Below, in pieces: positions 24,062-45,165 of a DNA stretch of 64,000 nt. Every line of letters begins with the position of its first letter. Position 1 is the stretch's first letter. Source of the stretch: the human T2T-CHM13v2.0 reference genome, Homo sapiens; the NCBI RefSeq assembly GCF_009914755.1, contig NC_060942.1. One strand, 5' to 3'. The position numbers were made by a program, and so were the translations under genes. Under the pieces are notes generated by a model. The model searched no databases. It saw only the letters and a list, made by a program, of their open reading frames with translations, and had not been told where the DNA came from.

Positions 24062-24358
24062 TTAATTTTATTTTTTTGAGATGGAGCCTTACTCTGTCAC
24101 CCAGGCTGAAACGCAGTTGCACAACCTCTGCTCACTGCAACCTCCGCTTCCTGGGTTCAAGCAATTCTCCTGCCTTAGCCTCCCGAGTAGCTGGGATTAC
24201 AGGTGCCAGCCACTACGCTCGGCTAATTTTTGTATTTTTAGTAGAGATGAGGTTTCACTATGTTGGCTAGGCTGGTCTCAAACTCTTGACCTCAAGTGAT
24301 CCGCCCACCTAAGCCTCCCAAAGTGCTGGGATTACAGGCATGAGCCACCACACCTGGC
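24062..24358 (-). mobile_element. Alu (AluSx/Sz-like)
   Basis: Full Alu; TSD CCTATTTATTT. Confidence 0.93.
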
Positions 24359-25296
24359 CCCTATTTATTTTGAACAATTATTTTAGCTTGGTAGAATCAT
24401 GTAAAATCTAGAGTCTGCCATCTAACACATTATCATGCCCAGACCAAAACTGGCCAATCTGGGTATGCATTCTGCGTCTTTAGAAAATTTATTTAAAGGT
24501 GAGTCCCAACTAAGAAGCCCTTCAGAATACCAGGGACATTTTCCCCATGCTGACACTGATTGCAACCTAACTTCATAAAATGATCTCACATTTTTCCACT
24601 GTGTTCACAAAAATACTATAAAGCTTTAATAAAATACTTTGTCACAATCTCTAAATACTATTGTAATCCCACATCTAATAAACTCTATCCCTTCAAAAGC
24701 ATAATTTTCTATTAATCTAGCTAATGTCCACTGTGCATAGTTCCCTTCATTAATTCAGTCAACAGACATTTCCCAAGAGCAAAGTGTATGTGGCAATGGA
24801 GATACAGCAATGAAGAAAACACAGGAGGTTTATGGCCTTCACAGAGCTTTTGACTTGGGGAAAACAGATAATAAACTGACTCATATAACCATGTTAAACA
24901 TTACAATAACGAGAAGGTGTCATGGGAGCATATAACAGGGAACTACAACCTAGTCTGGGGTCACGGAAGCCCCTCACTAAGAGAGTAAAGTTTAAACAGA
25001 CACCTGAAAGATCAGTAGGAGTTATACAGGAGCAGATGGGGTTACAGTAGAGTTCCAGAAACAGGCAATACTGAGTATGAGGGACCAGAGGTCAAGAAGA
25101 ACATGGAATGACTGAGAAAAATCCTAATGACTAGAGGAAGAGCGAGGATGAAGCTAGACCAGCAGTGGGGGCTTGGGGGGGTCAATTACACAATCACACA
25201 GGGTCTCATACAGGCTATCTAAAGGATATGGGTCTTTATCAAATAAAATTAATACAGGCCACTGATGTGTTTTGTGGACCAAGATGATCTCATCTC

Positions 25297-27240
<1,944 letters not shown>

Positions 27241-28345
27241 TAGATAATGTGGCTTTAAAAATACAGTGTTAGAGAACGGATTAAAAATGGGCCAGAGCAG
27301 ATGCAGGAAGATCAAATAGGAGGCTACTGCAGTAGAGTCAAATCTAGGGCTGATGGTTTCTTGGGATGCATAGTAATAGGTAGATAGAGAAAGTCTTTAG
27401 GAGGTAGAATGGACAGGACTTCACAATGCATTAAATGTAGGGAGAAAAAAAATGATTCCTGGGTTTCTAGCTTGAGCTAGTAGGGATAGTGGTAGAATTT
27501 ACTGATATGGAAAACTGGAGGAAAAAGAGTTTGGAAGAGAAAGATGGCAAGTTAAATACCTGTGGGAAATATAATCACAGACACTAAATAGGCAGCTGTG
27601 TGGGTGGCAAAGGAGAGCCATGGGCTAGGAACATACAGTGGGATTCCCTGGCATGTCATTGGTTACTGAAGTCAGAGTGTATGAGACAGCCTAAGGAGAG
27701 AATGCACACAGGAGAAGAAGAACTAAACATTCAGTGGCTGGCCAGAGGATGAGAAACCAAGAGATTGGACTGTAAAGGAGCAACAGTGTTGGGAAAGGGA
27801 GAAAAGGATGAAATCCAAAAACTGTGGTATCACAAAAACCAAAGAAAGAAAATATTTCAAGAAGGAAGGCATCGTCATATGTACTGAATGTGGATAAGAA
27901 GTAAGAGGAACTCTAGCACACGTCCACTGGATTCAGTAAGGTGGAGGTCATTGGAGACTTTGGCAAGGGCAATCTGGGTGAGTAAACAGAAATGTGTACA
28001 CAGCAGTCTCAGAAAATTCAATGAAGAAAAGGGGAAATACATGTTAGTAGCTGGAGATGAGACAGGGCAGAGGTAGGTGTTTTCAGTCTGTCTTTTAAGA
28101 CCAGAGTTTTAAGCATGTTTTGAATGGTGATGAAAAGAAAGTAGAGAGGAAAAAGTTGAAGATGATGGAAAGACAGGGATCAAAGTTACTGACAGTGATA
28201 CAGCAATTATTCATGACTTTAGTTTGACAAACTAGATCCTCAAAAATGGCTAGTTATGACTCAGTGAACACAAAGAGTAAAAAAAAATAAAAAAATTAAA
28301 ATAAAAAAGCTAGTCGTTTCTCAAAAAAGAAAAATCTTCCCCTGA

Positions 28346-28605
28346 ATATTTATTTATTTATTTATTTAGACACAGGATCTCAGTCTGTTGCCCAGGGTGG
28401 GGTGCAGTAGCATGATCATAGCTCACTATAACATCAAATCCCTGCCTCAACCTCCTGAATAGCTGGGAGTACAGATGCACACTACCAGGCCCAGCTAATT
28501 TTTGTATTTTTTTGTAGTGATGGGGTCTTGCTATGTTACCCAGGCTGGTCTCAAGGGATTCTCCCAAAGTGCTGGGATTACAGGCATGAACTACTGAGCC
28601 TGGCC
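28346..28605 (-). mobile_element. AluJ with deletions
   Basis: (TTTA)n tail, diverged Alu body. Confidence 0.88.
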
Positions 28606-28893
28606 TTTCCCTAAAATTTAGATATGCTTTTGTTGTTTTTATTAAGTGGTAAATAAGCATATGTATTTGCATCTGCATAAGAGTTACTCCTGCTTACAAA
28701 AACTTGCAATATCCTAACACTGAAAACTATACATTGCTGAAAGTAAAGGTCTAAGTAAATGGAGAAATATACCAAATTTATGGATTGAAAGACTAATATT
28801 GTTACAACGTCAGCTCTTTCCAAACTGATTTAAAGTCAACGCAATCTTAAAATCCTAGTTAAGATTTTTAGAGAAATTGACAAACTGATTTTA

Positions 28894-29219
<326 letters not shown>

Positions 29220-29300
29220 TTATCTAGAATAGCCAGAACAATTTTGGAAAGGAATAATAAAGTTGGATGACTTACACTACCTAATTTTAAGACTTATAAT

Positions 29301-30429
<1,129 letters not shown>

Positions 30430-30666
30430 ACTACAAAAATTATTTTTAAATGTATCATATATCAAAATATAAAAGCTAAATCTAGGAAAATTCTAGAAAA
30501 AAAGGAGAAAATCTGCATGACACTAGTAGTGTTTGCAGATTTTTAAATGTTATCTACATAGTCATTGTCATTTAGGTAGACAAATATTTCTTACACAAGA
30601 TACATAAAAACACTAATCATAAAATAAAAAGTTGACAAATTAGAGTTGATCAAAATCAAAACTTTT

Positions 30667-30701
30667 ATCACTTCTCGGCCTTTTGGCTAAGATCATGTGT
30701 A
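30667..30701 (+). pseudogene. 3'-truncated U2 snRNA retropseudogene (nt 1-35)
   Basis: ATCACTTCTCGGCCTTTTGGCTAAGATCATGTGTA vs U2 ATCGCTTCTCGGCCTTTTGGCTAAGATCAAGTGTA (33/35); TSD AAAAT(C/T)AAAACTTT. Confidence 0.93.
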
Positions 30702-31704
30702 AAATTAAAACTTTGCTCTTCAAAAGACAACAATAACAATAAAAAGACAAGTCCCATGCTGGGCAAAAATATCTATTTTACATATATGTGTATTTATCTC
30801 ATCAAGAACTTGAGTCTAGAATGTATTTTTTAAAAAACAGAACTCAGTAAGATAAACAATCCAATAAAAAGTGGGCAAAAGATATAAACATATACCTTAC
30901 AAAAGAAGATATACAAATGGCTTATAAGCATGTGAATAAATGCTATACTTCACTAGTCATCAGGGAAAAGCACATTACAATGAGTTACCATTTTACATCC
31001 TCTAGAATGACTAAAATTAAAAATACTAACAATAATAAGTATTGGTGAAGATGTGGAAAACTAGAACATGTACATTGCTGGTGTGAATACAAAACAACGC
31101 AACCACATTGTAAAATTGTTTAGGAGTTTCTTACAAAAGTCAAACATAAATTTATCATATGACCCACCAATTACATTCCTATTTACCCAAGAAAAATAAA
31201 AAGCATATATCCATAAAAAGACTCATACCTAAATGCTCATAGCAGCTTTATTTGCAATCACCCAAAACTGTAAATAACCCAACTGTTCATCAACAGATGA
31301 ATGGATAAACAAATTGCAATATATTGACACAATGGAATAATAGCCAGTAATACAAAGGGACGCACTACTAGTGCACACTCAACACAGATGAATCTCAAAA
31401 ACACTGCTGAGCAAAAAAGGTCAGCACAAAAAACACATTCTGTATAGTTCAATTTATATGAAGTTGGAGCTGGGGGACTGACTGCACCGGAAACTTTCTG
31501 TGGTGATGAAATGATTGGAGCAGTGATTACACACTCATCAAACTGTACATTTAAATTATCAGCATTTTATTATATTTAAATTATACTCCAAGGTTGATTT
31601 TTTTAAAAAACTGAACAAGTATTTCCACTGTGAACAGACTACCAGACTAGTAATCGTGAGAGGAGACTCTACCCACTATCCGATGTGTAGCCCTGGGTCA
31701 ATCT

Positions 31705-31765
31705 CTTACTCTTTAGTCACCTAGTCTATGGTATTCCATTATAGCAGCCCAAACTGACTAAGACA
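31705..31765 (+). mobile_element. MaLR (MST/MLT1) LTR 3'-end fragment
   Basis: GTCTATGGTATTCCATTATAGCAGCCCAAACTGACTAAGACA terminus. Confidence 0.7.
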
Positions 31766-32169
31766 GTGAGAAAATACAGAATTCAAATACTAAAAGAAAC
31801 ACACAGGCTATAAATATGTGGAGTTCTGCTTATGCAAATGTCACAGTTGAAGAACCACAGAAGTTTTGACTTTTTTTCTATAAGTAAGCCTCACAGTAAA
31901 TTGTACTTCAACAGAAGTAAAGAAAATTTGCAGCAATAATCAGCTACCTTGGAAAAACCTCAAAAATCATCATAGGAACTTGACCGGCTTGCTTTGCAGA
32001 AACATTCAATTTTGGAAATGGGTCTTTTTGAATTTTTTTTTAAAAAAAGTTAGGCCTTAAAGGCTTTTAAGAGAAGGGGAGGAAAAAAAACCCAAAAACC
32101 ATCAAAGACAATCAAATCTGAACCAAGCTATGAACAAGACAGGAATTTTCCACTGAGAGGAAAAAGTTT

Positions 32170-32176
32170 ACACACA

Positions 32177-32216
<40 letters not shown>
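32170..32216. repeat. (CA)n microsatellite
   Basis: About 23 AC units with one interruption. Confidence 0.97.
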
Positions 32217-32220
<4 letters not shown>

Positions 32221-32259
32221 ACTGACTAGTAATGAAGCCTATTTTAAAACGTGTGGGGC

Positions 32260-32630
32260 TGTGCATACAATGGAATATTACTCAGCCTTTAAAAGGAATG
32301 AAATTTGTTACATGTTACAACATGGATGATCCCTAAAAACATTATGCTAAGTGTAAGAAGCTAGACACTAAAAGGCAATTATTATATGATTCCACTTACA
32401 TGAACTATCCAGAACAGGGAAATTCAGAGAAGCAGAAAGTAGATTTAAGGTTAGCAGCAGGAGAGCAGGAAAGGGGACTGGGAATTCCCACTGAATAAAT
32501 ACAGAGTTTCAATTTGGAATGATGAGAAAGTTTGGGAAACAGATAGTGGCAATGGTTATATAGCAAATGCCACTGAACTATACAATCAAGATTGTAAAAA
32601 TGGTGAATGTTATATGTATTTTATCACAAA
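32260..32630 (+). mobile_element. L1MB-type 3'UTR fragment
   Basis: CATACAATGGAATATTACTCAGCC...ACAGAGTTTCAATTTGGAATGATGA...GCCACTGAAC. Confidence 0.8.
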
Positions 32631-32800
32631 CATATAGAGGCTGCTACAATTTCTTGGGGAGCATTACCATGCAGCAACATTCACAAAGGTATGATTCCCC
32701 TTACTTGCCAGGGGTTACAAAAATTTCCAAAACAAAATAAAGGTCCCAGGAATCAAGTTATCTCTCTACTCTTGCATCAGGACTAGAACTGCTTTGGAAA

Positions 32801-32850
32801 TACCACTGTACTTCACTCTATCACTGTACCTCACTCTACCACTTCACTCT
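32801..32850. repeat. Imperfect 18-bp tandem repeat
   Basis: TACCACTGTACTTCACTC / TATCACTGTACCTCACTC / TACCACTTCACTC. Confidence 0.8.
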
Positions 32851-33225
32851 GTTTCGAGCCCTGAGCACAGGCCAGTTTGCTTGAATCATCAAGCCTTTAA
32901 ACCACCTGTAACCAGCATTTGACACAGTTAACCTCATCTTATTTTTAAATACTTTCTTCTCTTGATTCTACATTCTTCTAATTTTCTTCCTGTCTAGCTT
33001 GATGGCCTTGACAAGAGATGCTTTCATAGAGTGGGTCTTGGTGAAAACATGATAAGAGGAAGTAGAAACAGGATAGAAACAGCTCCTTCTGGTTATTTCT
33101 GAAGTACCGTCCTTGAGAAGGTATTTGGTAAAGATGCAGGCAGGTGGACTGGACAGTGGGACAATGTGAAAGTTCTCTTCAGGTTGCTTCTATTTTCTTG
33201 AGTGAAAAAACATAAATGAGATTGA

Positions 33226-33826
<601 letters not shown>

Positions 33827-34518
33827 AAACGCTTTCTTCAGTTGGAGAGAAAGCAGTAGAGCTAGTTATTCCTGGTGTGGTGCGGATGACCCCAGCCTGT
33901 CCCTCAATACTGGAGATATTTTCTGAGGGAAAAAAACTTCTCTTTTCTTATTGCCACATGATTCCACTTATCCCCATGGGTGGAGAGTATGTATTATTAG
34001 GTCTGCCTTTTCCTAGCACACTGTCTTGCACATGATAGGTACTCTATTTAATACCCACTGAACTACTAAAGTAAGCAAACACTTTACTGAGTTTCTAGGC
34101 CAAGTAATGATAAAAAAGGACTTGAGAATTCCACAGGTGAGACCGGCAATCCCCAAGAAAGGGGAACAAACACACCCCACGTCATCAAAAGAGCGCAAAG
34201 CAATCATGGCATTTAAGTCAATAATCCTGTGTTAGTCATTTCCACAGAAAGTTCTCAAACTGCTTATTCAAAATATTATTACTATAGGACTTTGAACTAA
34301 AGTGACTTTCATCTAAGTTGCTTACAGCACTTGATTAGTAACCATTAATTAAGGTTTCACGCTATACAATGTATAATTTCCGTTTTGAAAACAGTAAAAC
34401 CAAGGCACTAAAAGGTTAAAAAAAATAACCAAGATTAAAAGATGAAAATTTAAAAAGTAAAAAAGCCACACTATTTTTACTCTATCCTGAGTAAATCTGA
34501 AAAATACCATTCCTGCTA

Positions 34519-34923
<405 letters not shown>

Positions 34924-35589
34924 CTACTTTTTCAATCATAGGTTTCATTAACAACTGTCTGCAACCCTAAAAGGTTCACATTCCCATAAAGTTTGCTCCT
35001 TAAAGGCAAATGAATTTCCTAACTCCACAGATGACTTACCTCAAACAAAACATCATGGGTACAACATAGCAGACCAAAATCAAAATTGAGTCCTTTGTAT
35101 GCCAGTCAGTTTCATAAACTATAAACCATGGTAAATTTCAACTAAGAGAATCAGTATCTTAGAAAACAGGAAAAGCCCAAGGTCTGTAGTTCAACCACAC
35201 ATTCTATGCTTCAATCCCCTTTGGTTATTTCCAATTATTTATATGGTTAATGAAAAGGCAGAGAGGCATGCTCAGAAAACTGTCTCTTGTAGAGCAGATG
35301 AAAAAAAGTAGAAATTATTATTTGAGAAAAGGAAAAATTTAATATTGCTGCTCTGATGTCACCCAAATGGCAATGACCAGCTATCTCCAACTTTAAAAAA
35401 TATGTAAAAATAAAGCTAAACTGTGGTATGTTTCCCTACTTTAGGGGAACCATGGCCCTATATTAAGTAGATAAATAGATTACTGTATAATTATACAGTT
35501 AATAATTGCTCCACAATTATTAACTAAAGCAAGAGTCGCAAGTGTGTCTCAAGGTAGAAAAATCCATAAAACATGAGGTCAAATTATTC

Positions 35590-35752
35590 CAAATCTCTCT
35601 GATAATCAGAGTATCTGGGGGAATTTTTTGTTAGTTTCTTAACACATGTATATCCAGGCTCCATATCAGACCTACCAAATCAAAATCTCCAGAGCATGGG
35701 AGCCAGGTTATCAGTATTTTTTATAGCTTTCTAGATGATTCCAATGATCAGC
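35590..35752. mobile_element. MER5-type hAT-Charlie element
   Basis: CAGACCTACCAAATCAAAATCTCC...GATGATTCCAATG. Confidence 0.65.
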
Positions 35753-35754
35753 TG

Positions 35755-35920
35755 TTCATTCATCCATCCCTTCATTCGTTCAATAAATGTTCATTGAACA
35801 CTTACCACCCAAATGTTCACTGAGTACCTACAAGTACTATGCCTGATGCTGGGGGTGTACTGGGGAAGGAAATAGACAGTCTGGACTCTACCATCATGGA
35901 ACTTAGTACAAAGATCAGAC
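35755..35920 (-). mobile_element. L2 3' fragment
   Basis: TTCATTCGTTCAATAAATG...CTGAGTACCTAC...CATGGAACTTA. Confidence 0.65.
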
Positions 35921-36171
35921 ATATACAGTGAACCGCCCAGTGGGGACTGTGGCAAACTGAAGAGTGCAACTCCTAAAGGTGGATATCTGCTTTACTAATT
36001 CAATTCAATATTTCCATGAAGGAATGCATGCTTGATACTGACATATGTGATTTTTAAAGAAGGCAAGGGAAAAAGGGGGCAAAAATATTGGATGAAACAT
36101 GACAGATGGCACAAAGAAAGATGACAGAAATTAGTCCAAAGATATCAGAAATCATAATAAGTGTAAACAGG

Positions 36172-37475
<1,304 letters not shown>

Positions 37476-37631
37476 TCAAAAAATAATGATTATGAACTTG
37501 CCTGTACCAAATAATATAGTCTCAAAATTTAGACTTGAAAATTTTACCTAAAACAGGCAGCCAGAATTACAAGGTGAAAATAATAAATCCATAGTCACAA
37601 TAGGAAAATTATGAACATCTCCCCTCAAATT

Positions 37632-38087
<456 letters not shown>

Positions 38088-38449
38088 AATAAATATTTTT
38101 TTAAAACAACACCTCCTCCCAAAAAAACTTACAAATCAGACCAAAAAAATTGGATGAAGACTGTCTTAATAATATGAATAAGCCAAATGGAACACTTACA
38201 CATACACATATATGTTTGTGTGACATACAGAATATTACAACACTTCATCCCTCAAAAGTTAAGCATTATTTTTAATTAGAAAACCAAAAGTTAAGGAGCT
38301 GAGAAACCAAAAAACTTCATGATAGGAAGGGCCAAGAAACATATAGGTAGGATCCCACCAGACAAAAGGCTTTCAACAGTGGCAATAATTTAAGAGATGT
38401 CGCAATGTCATGTCAAGGCAGTCTCTGAAATCAGCTGCCTATAGTCACA

Positions 38450-38640
38450 TCTAGGATCTAGTACTCACATGCTGCATGATTTTGAGAAAGTTTCTATCTC
38501 TATAGCTGTTAGTGTGTCTATATAATGGGGATAATAACTGTACCTGCTTCATAAGGGTCTTGTGAAAATTAAGATATATGGAAAGAGCTTAAAACAGTGT
38601 CTAGCAAACTGTTAGCTTTAAAAAAATGTTAGTATGCTAT
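38450..38640 (+). mobile_element. MIR
   Basis: TATAATGGGGATAATAACTGTACCTGCTTCATAAGGGTCTTGTGA. Confidence 0.72.
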
Positions 38641-38920
38641 TAAACACAATGAGGTAGGTCTATATGTACTAACATGTAAAAAGATGCTCAATATGTATTA
38701 GGATTAAAAAAGGTATGTTGCAAAATGCTAAGTAAACCATGCATGAAAATGTTTATATAAAAAGAAAATATGTAAATAATAAACCCATATACATATATAT
38801 TTTTCTAGGAGAACACACAAATTGTTAACAGTTATCTCTGGCAAGTGGGGCCAGAAGAGCTCGGCAAACATTTTGTTTCTATATTGTGTGAATTTGTTTC
38901 TATATTACTTTCATTTGTTA

Positions 38921-39237
38921 TATATGTATGCATGTATGTATGTATGTATTTAGAGACAGGGTCTTGCTCTGTCACCCAGGCTGGAGTGCAGTGGCACAAT
39001 CATAGCTCACTTTAACCTCAAACTCCTGGGCTCAAGTGATCCTCCCACTTCAGCCTCCCAAGTAGCTGTGGCTACAGGCGTGTGCCATCACGCCCTGCTA
39101 ATTTTTAAAATTTTTAAAATAAAGACAGGGTCTCATTATGTTGCCCAGGCTGGTCTCAAACTCCTAGCCTTAAGCAATCCTCCCATCTCTGCCTCCCAAA
39201 GTGCTGGGATTACAGGCATGAGCCTCTATATCTGGCC
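38921..39237 (-). mobile_element. AluJ with (TATG)n tail
   Basis: GAGACAGGGTCTTGCTCTGTCACCC...CATAGCTCAC. Confidence 0.92.
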
Positions 39238-39924
39238 TCTTTCATACTTTTTAAATTACAAAAAAACGTAAAAATCACATTTCACAACTGAGTTATTTTG
39301 CCACCATAATCCTAAAACAGTAAGTCTAAAACTGTTACTGCCATAAATAGTTTGGTTTGTCCCATCTCTACATTCGTTCTTTTGCCCATAAAACAATGGT
39401 TCTCAAACCAAGTTGCCAGATTACCTTGGTATTCCATAGGCTGGAAATGAAGCATCAGACCACTAAGGCCTAATAATAGCTTTTCTCAAGTCACAGAAAT
39501 ACTTAAACTAATGAGACAATTCTCTCAGTCATGGCATCTGCTATACTTTTACTGGCAAATGATGAAACTAACAGTATGCAAATTAAAAATAACATCCATT
39601 TACAAGTTTATTAGGCTTACTTCTATATAGCTTTTTTATGGATGTGTATGCTTATAGTGAATTTATATTATATAAATCCAATAAAGTCATTTTCTACTAG
39701 TAAAACTGTTTCTCATTTATAAGACAGATAATCATGTGTCTGGAAACTCAAGCATGGTAACTCTAAGCTCTGAACAAATTTGAAACTCATTGCTCTAAAT
39801 TTGCCTCCTGAGCCCCTGAAGGAAAATTATAATGTAGGTTTTTTGAGAAAACACTTATTTTAACTGTCCTTTTAAAAATATTTCATGACTCTAGACACTT
39901 AAAGAAAGCAAGTATCTGAAACAG

Positions 39925-40145
39925 TCTATTACTAGAAATAAGTTGACATTTACTGAGCATGTGCCAGCACTTCACCTGTGCCAAGCACTTCACTTGTATG
40001 TTATTGTATGTTATTGTAAATCCTTGCAGTAATTCTATCAAGTAGGTATTATTCTTACCCTATTTCCTTCTGATCAAGAAACTGAAGCATGAAGAGGTTA
40101 CATAATTTGCTCAAAGTCACACAGCCAATGAACAGGTAGAGCCAC
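39925..40145 (-). mobile_element. MIR with small internal duplications
   Basis: CATTTACTGAGCA...GAAACTGAAGCATGAAGAGGTTACATAATTTGCTCAAAGTCACACAGC. Confidence 0.75.
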
Positions 40146-40809
40146 TAAAAAGTAGGTGGCACCAACACCTGTGGAGGTCAAGGAGTGGTAAGGGATGATT
40201 ATATACAGAATAAATTCTGACAGACGGTGTGATGAAGTGAAAAGAGTACTGGATTGGGCACAAGCTGACTTAAATCTGGATTCCAGTTCCCTAACTTCAT
40301 AGTTTTGAGACTCTAGGAAAAAAACCTCTCCAGCTTCAGCTACCTGCTCTGTAATAAGACAATGCCAGAGTGATTCTCATATAATTTCGAGCTCTAAATA
40401 TATTGCTAAATATATATTTTAGCACTGATAAGGTAGCCAAAGCAAGAGAATGAAAATAAAGGCTGGATCAACTGGCCCAGGAGCATATTCTAAGAGAACC
40501 CAGAAAGGTTCTCAATTTTTGAAACAAAACAGCTGATTCATCAAGGTGCCCATTAGAAATCAGTCCCAAGCCCCTTCACAGGCCTGCAGAATTAGAAACC
40601 ATAGAGGGAGGATCTGGTACTCCACATTTTTAACAACTCTACAAGTGACACATACTGAGAACTACTGGTCTAACAACTACACTGATTTTTCCTACCCAGT
40701 GATTTAGGCATTAGAGAGAACAGAGCTCAATGTAAAGGATATATTCCACCACTTCTGTTTCTTGAAATTAAGAATTCTTTCAAATTGCTTAATAAAAAAA
40801 CTCTGAAGG

Positions 40810-41230
40810 CTTTCTTAAGATACAATCACCATACAATGCACCCAAAGTATCCATTTTAATACTTTTTAATATACTCAGAGTTGTACATTCATGATCACAA
40901 TTAATTTTAGATCATTTTCATCATCCCAAAAGAAACCCCATACCCATTAGCAGTCACTCCCCATTTTTCTCCAACCCTACTCCCTCCCCTCAGCTCTAGG
41001 CAACCACTAATCTACTTCCTAGCTTTATAGATTTACCTATTCTGGGCCATGTCATATAATGCAATCATATAACATGTGGTCTTTTGTGAATGGCTTCTAC
41101 AACTTAGCATGTTGAAGCATGTATCAGTACTTCATATCTTTTTATTGTCAAATAATATTCTGTTGTATGGATATATCACATTTTATTCATCCATTCATCA
41201 GTTGATAGATATTTAGTTGTTTCTAAATTG
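40810..41230 (-). mobile_element. L1MB/ME 3'UTR fragment
   Basis: CCCAAAAGAAACCCCATACCCATTAGCAGTCACTCCCC...GGCAACCACTAATCTACTT. Confidence 0.85.
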
Positions 41231-42044
41231 CCTAATTTTAATTTTTTTTTAAAAGTAGATTAGGTTAAAAAAACTGCATTAGAATTTTTCCAGGTAAATA
41301 CATCAATGTCATCTATTCACTATAGTAAGTCTTATTGCAGTATAAAAAGTACTACTTACAGTTAATAGTGGCTTTCATATGTTATTTACTGCTATTAAAT
41401 AGGCTGTCAAAATATAAATGATTATCATTACATGTTTAAATAGTAGAGATTTATATTTTTTAAACCAAATATTGTTTCTTTCAAAACCAGTTGTTAAATT
41501 CTGGTTCTGCCACCAAAGGTTATCTCTTCTGTACTGGAAAATTACTGACTTCACTTTCCAGTTCACAAATGCTCTCCTTGTCTCACTTTAAAAAAAAAAA
41601 AAAAAAAACCTCCGTGGACTTGCTCCAGTCTACTTCACAGACCTTATTTCTTACTACTCCCTTTCTTACATTGCTAGTGCTGACCTATTAATTGTCCTTA
41701 CGGGCAAATATGTCAGCTGCTATTAAAAACTCCGGAAAACTACACAGATTTTCCTAAATCTTTGTTTTTTTAACTTCAGGGTTCTTTTATTAAGCCTTTA
41801 ACACTTTACACTTGCTTCAATTTAAATTTCTTTTCCTACTTTAGATATAGTCAGAAGTTTTCTTCCAATAACTGACAACTCTCAAGGTACAAACATCTTT
41901 GCCACTTGGATTCCGTGTGGTCAGAGACATGTCTGTTTTGGTCACTCTTGCATTCTCAGAACCTAGGAGAGGTCATGGGTAGTTATTCATACAGATACAT
42001 ACAGAGATAGAAAGAATTTTTAAAGGCAGCTTAAAGGTAATTTT

Positions 42045-42280
42045 CATAATAGCTGACATCTACTGAGCTTCTATGTGCAAGGTCCTATGCACATATTATT
42101 TATTAATGTGAATTATTTCTCATACAATACTATTAAATAGGTATTATGCATATTAACACCTCTGCACCCAATTTCAGAGATGAAGAAACTAAGATTAAGT
42201 AAAGTAACTAGAGACTAAGTAAGTAACAGAGCCAGAACTCAAACCCAGGTCTTTCTCCATAGCCCATGAACTTGGCCACT
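42045..42280 (-). mobile_element. MIR
   Basis: AATAGCTGACATCTACTGAGC...CAGAGATGAAGAAACTAAG...ACTCAAACCCAGGTCT. Confidence 0.72.
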
Positions 42281-42722
42281 ATAGAGCTCCATTCATATAA
42301 AGTAAAAGGCAACAGAGCTAAAGACAGAAAGAGCAAGTGAAGGAGGAGACCTGGACCCTGGACCACCACCCAGGTACTAAGGAAGGAGGTCTGAAGGCCG
42401 CCCACTCTGCCAGGGTGTCCGGTGGAGAAAGCAGGCATACTCTTTCTATGACCTTTCCTCAAACACACAAGTATCATCAACAGGAAAGAAAAGGCACAAA
42501 TATTGCCAGGATACATAAAATGTTTTCCCTCAGTACCAGGTGCACTTAGGTAAAAGGTGCTCTTAGGTAGAACTAGCCTGTTCTGAATGGTTTACATTTC
42601 ATCATTTCTAAAAAAATCTTCTGTGCCAAGCTGAAAAAACAAACAAAAAAGCCCAACCTGAGAAGAACTGGGGCAAGGACAGACACTAGCTAACATCCAA
42701 CTGCCAATTCCTTCTGGTTCTC

Positions 42723-42768
42723 ATTCAATGACAGCCACTGCCTCTAATTCAATGACAGCCACTGCCTC
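42723..42768. repeat. Direct tandem duplication, 24-bp period
   Basis: ATTCAATGACAGCCACTGCCTC x2. Confidence 0.92.
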
Positions 42769-43072
42769 ATTACTCATTTTATCTATGTCAAAACAGGGAA
42801 GCAGGGACCAAATGTTTTTAAGAATTAGTTTATTCTTTGCTACAGCATAGTTTAATGCAACAATGATATCCACTGTCTGTTCATACAAACTTTATTTTTA
42901 TAAAACAAATTTATATTGATAAGAACAGACGTTTGCAATTTTTAAAGGCTTAGATACATAATAAATATATTTTCAGGACTAGCTGGCATACAAGAATATT
43001 TTAATCTTGCCTAGTAACATTTTTCCTATGCAGTAACTGAAAAGCCATCCTAAAATGCCATCTCCTAATTTC

Positions 43073-43388
<316 letters not shown>

Positions 43389-43959
43389 TGAGTTATGTCC
43401 TGAAGTTCCCTTTCAATGCAATCTGAAAACCATAAATCAATTTTTCCCATAGAAAAAGTTTTCGGGCCTAAAGAAGAAAGCCCAAAGGAAAAAAACAAAA
43501 AGAGAGAAAGTTATAAGATGTTCCAGTATTGGGCCACAATAGACTATTTAAATTGAAAACAGAGTATAAAAGTGTCCTGAGCCTCATGTCCACCTTACAA
43601 CCCCTGAGCCCTGAGCAGTAGAATGGCAGCATCAGCGTTGTGGAGGCCTCGAGGGCTAGATTTGAAGAGCAGCAGTGAGAAGACACAGGCATGAAGACCC
43701 CCAGGAAGCCACTCTCAAGCGGGGGCAGGAGCGCTACAGGCCCCTGGGCAAGAAGGTTGGCAGGAGAGGCACCTTTTCTTGAGTCCAGGACTTCCCATGT
43801 ACATATGTTACTGTGTACAGTTTGTAAAATGGGTTATGCAACTGTCATGATTTCTTTGGCCTTAAAACAAATTCACTGAGGTAGTACTTAGCCAAAATAA
43901 TATCTATAAACAATATATAGTCATATATTATCATTTTATCCTCACTATTTTTACATATG

Positions 43960-45165
<1,206 letters not shown>

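Noticed and set aside
33860-33930. Possible C/D-box snoRNA (GATGA...CTGA)
   Set aside because: No canonical RTGATGA C box or terminal stem, and no match to a snoRNA I recognise.
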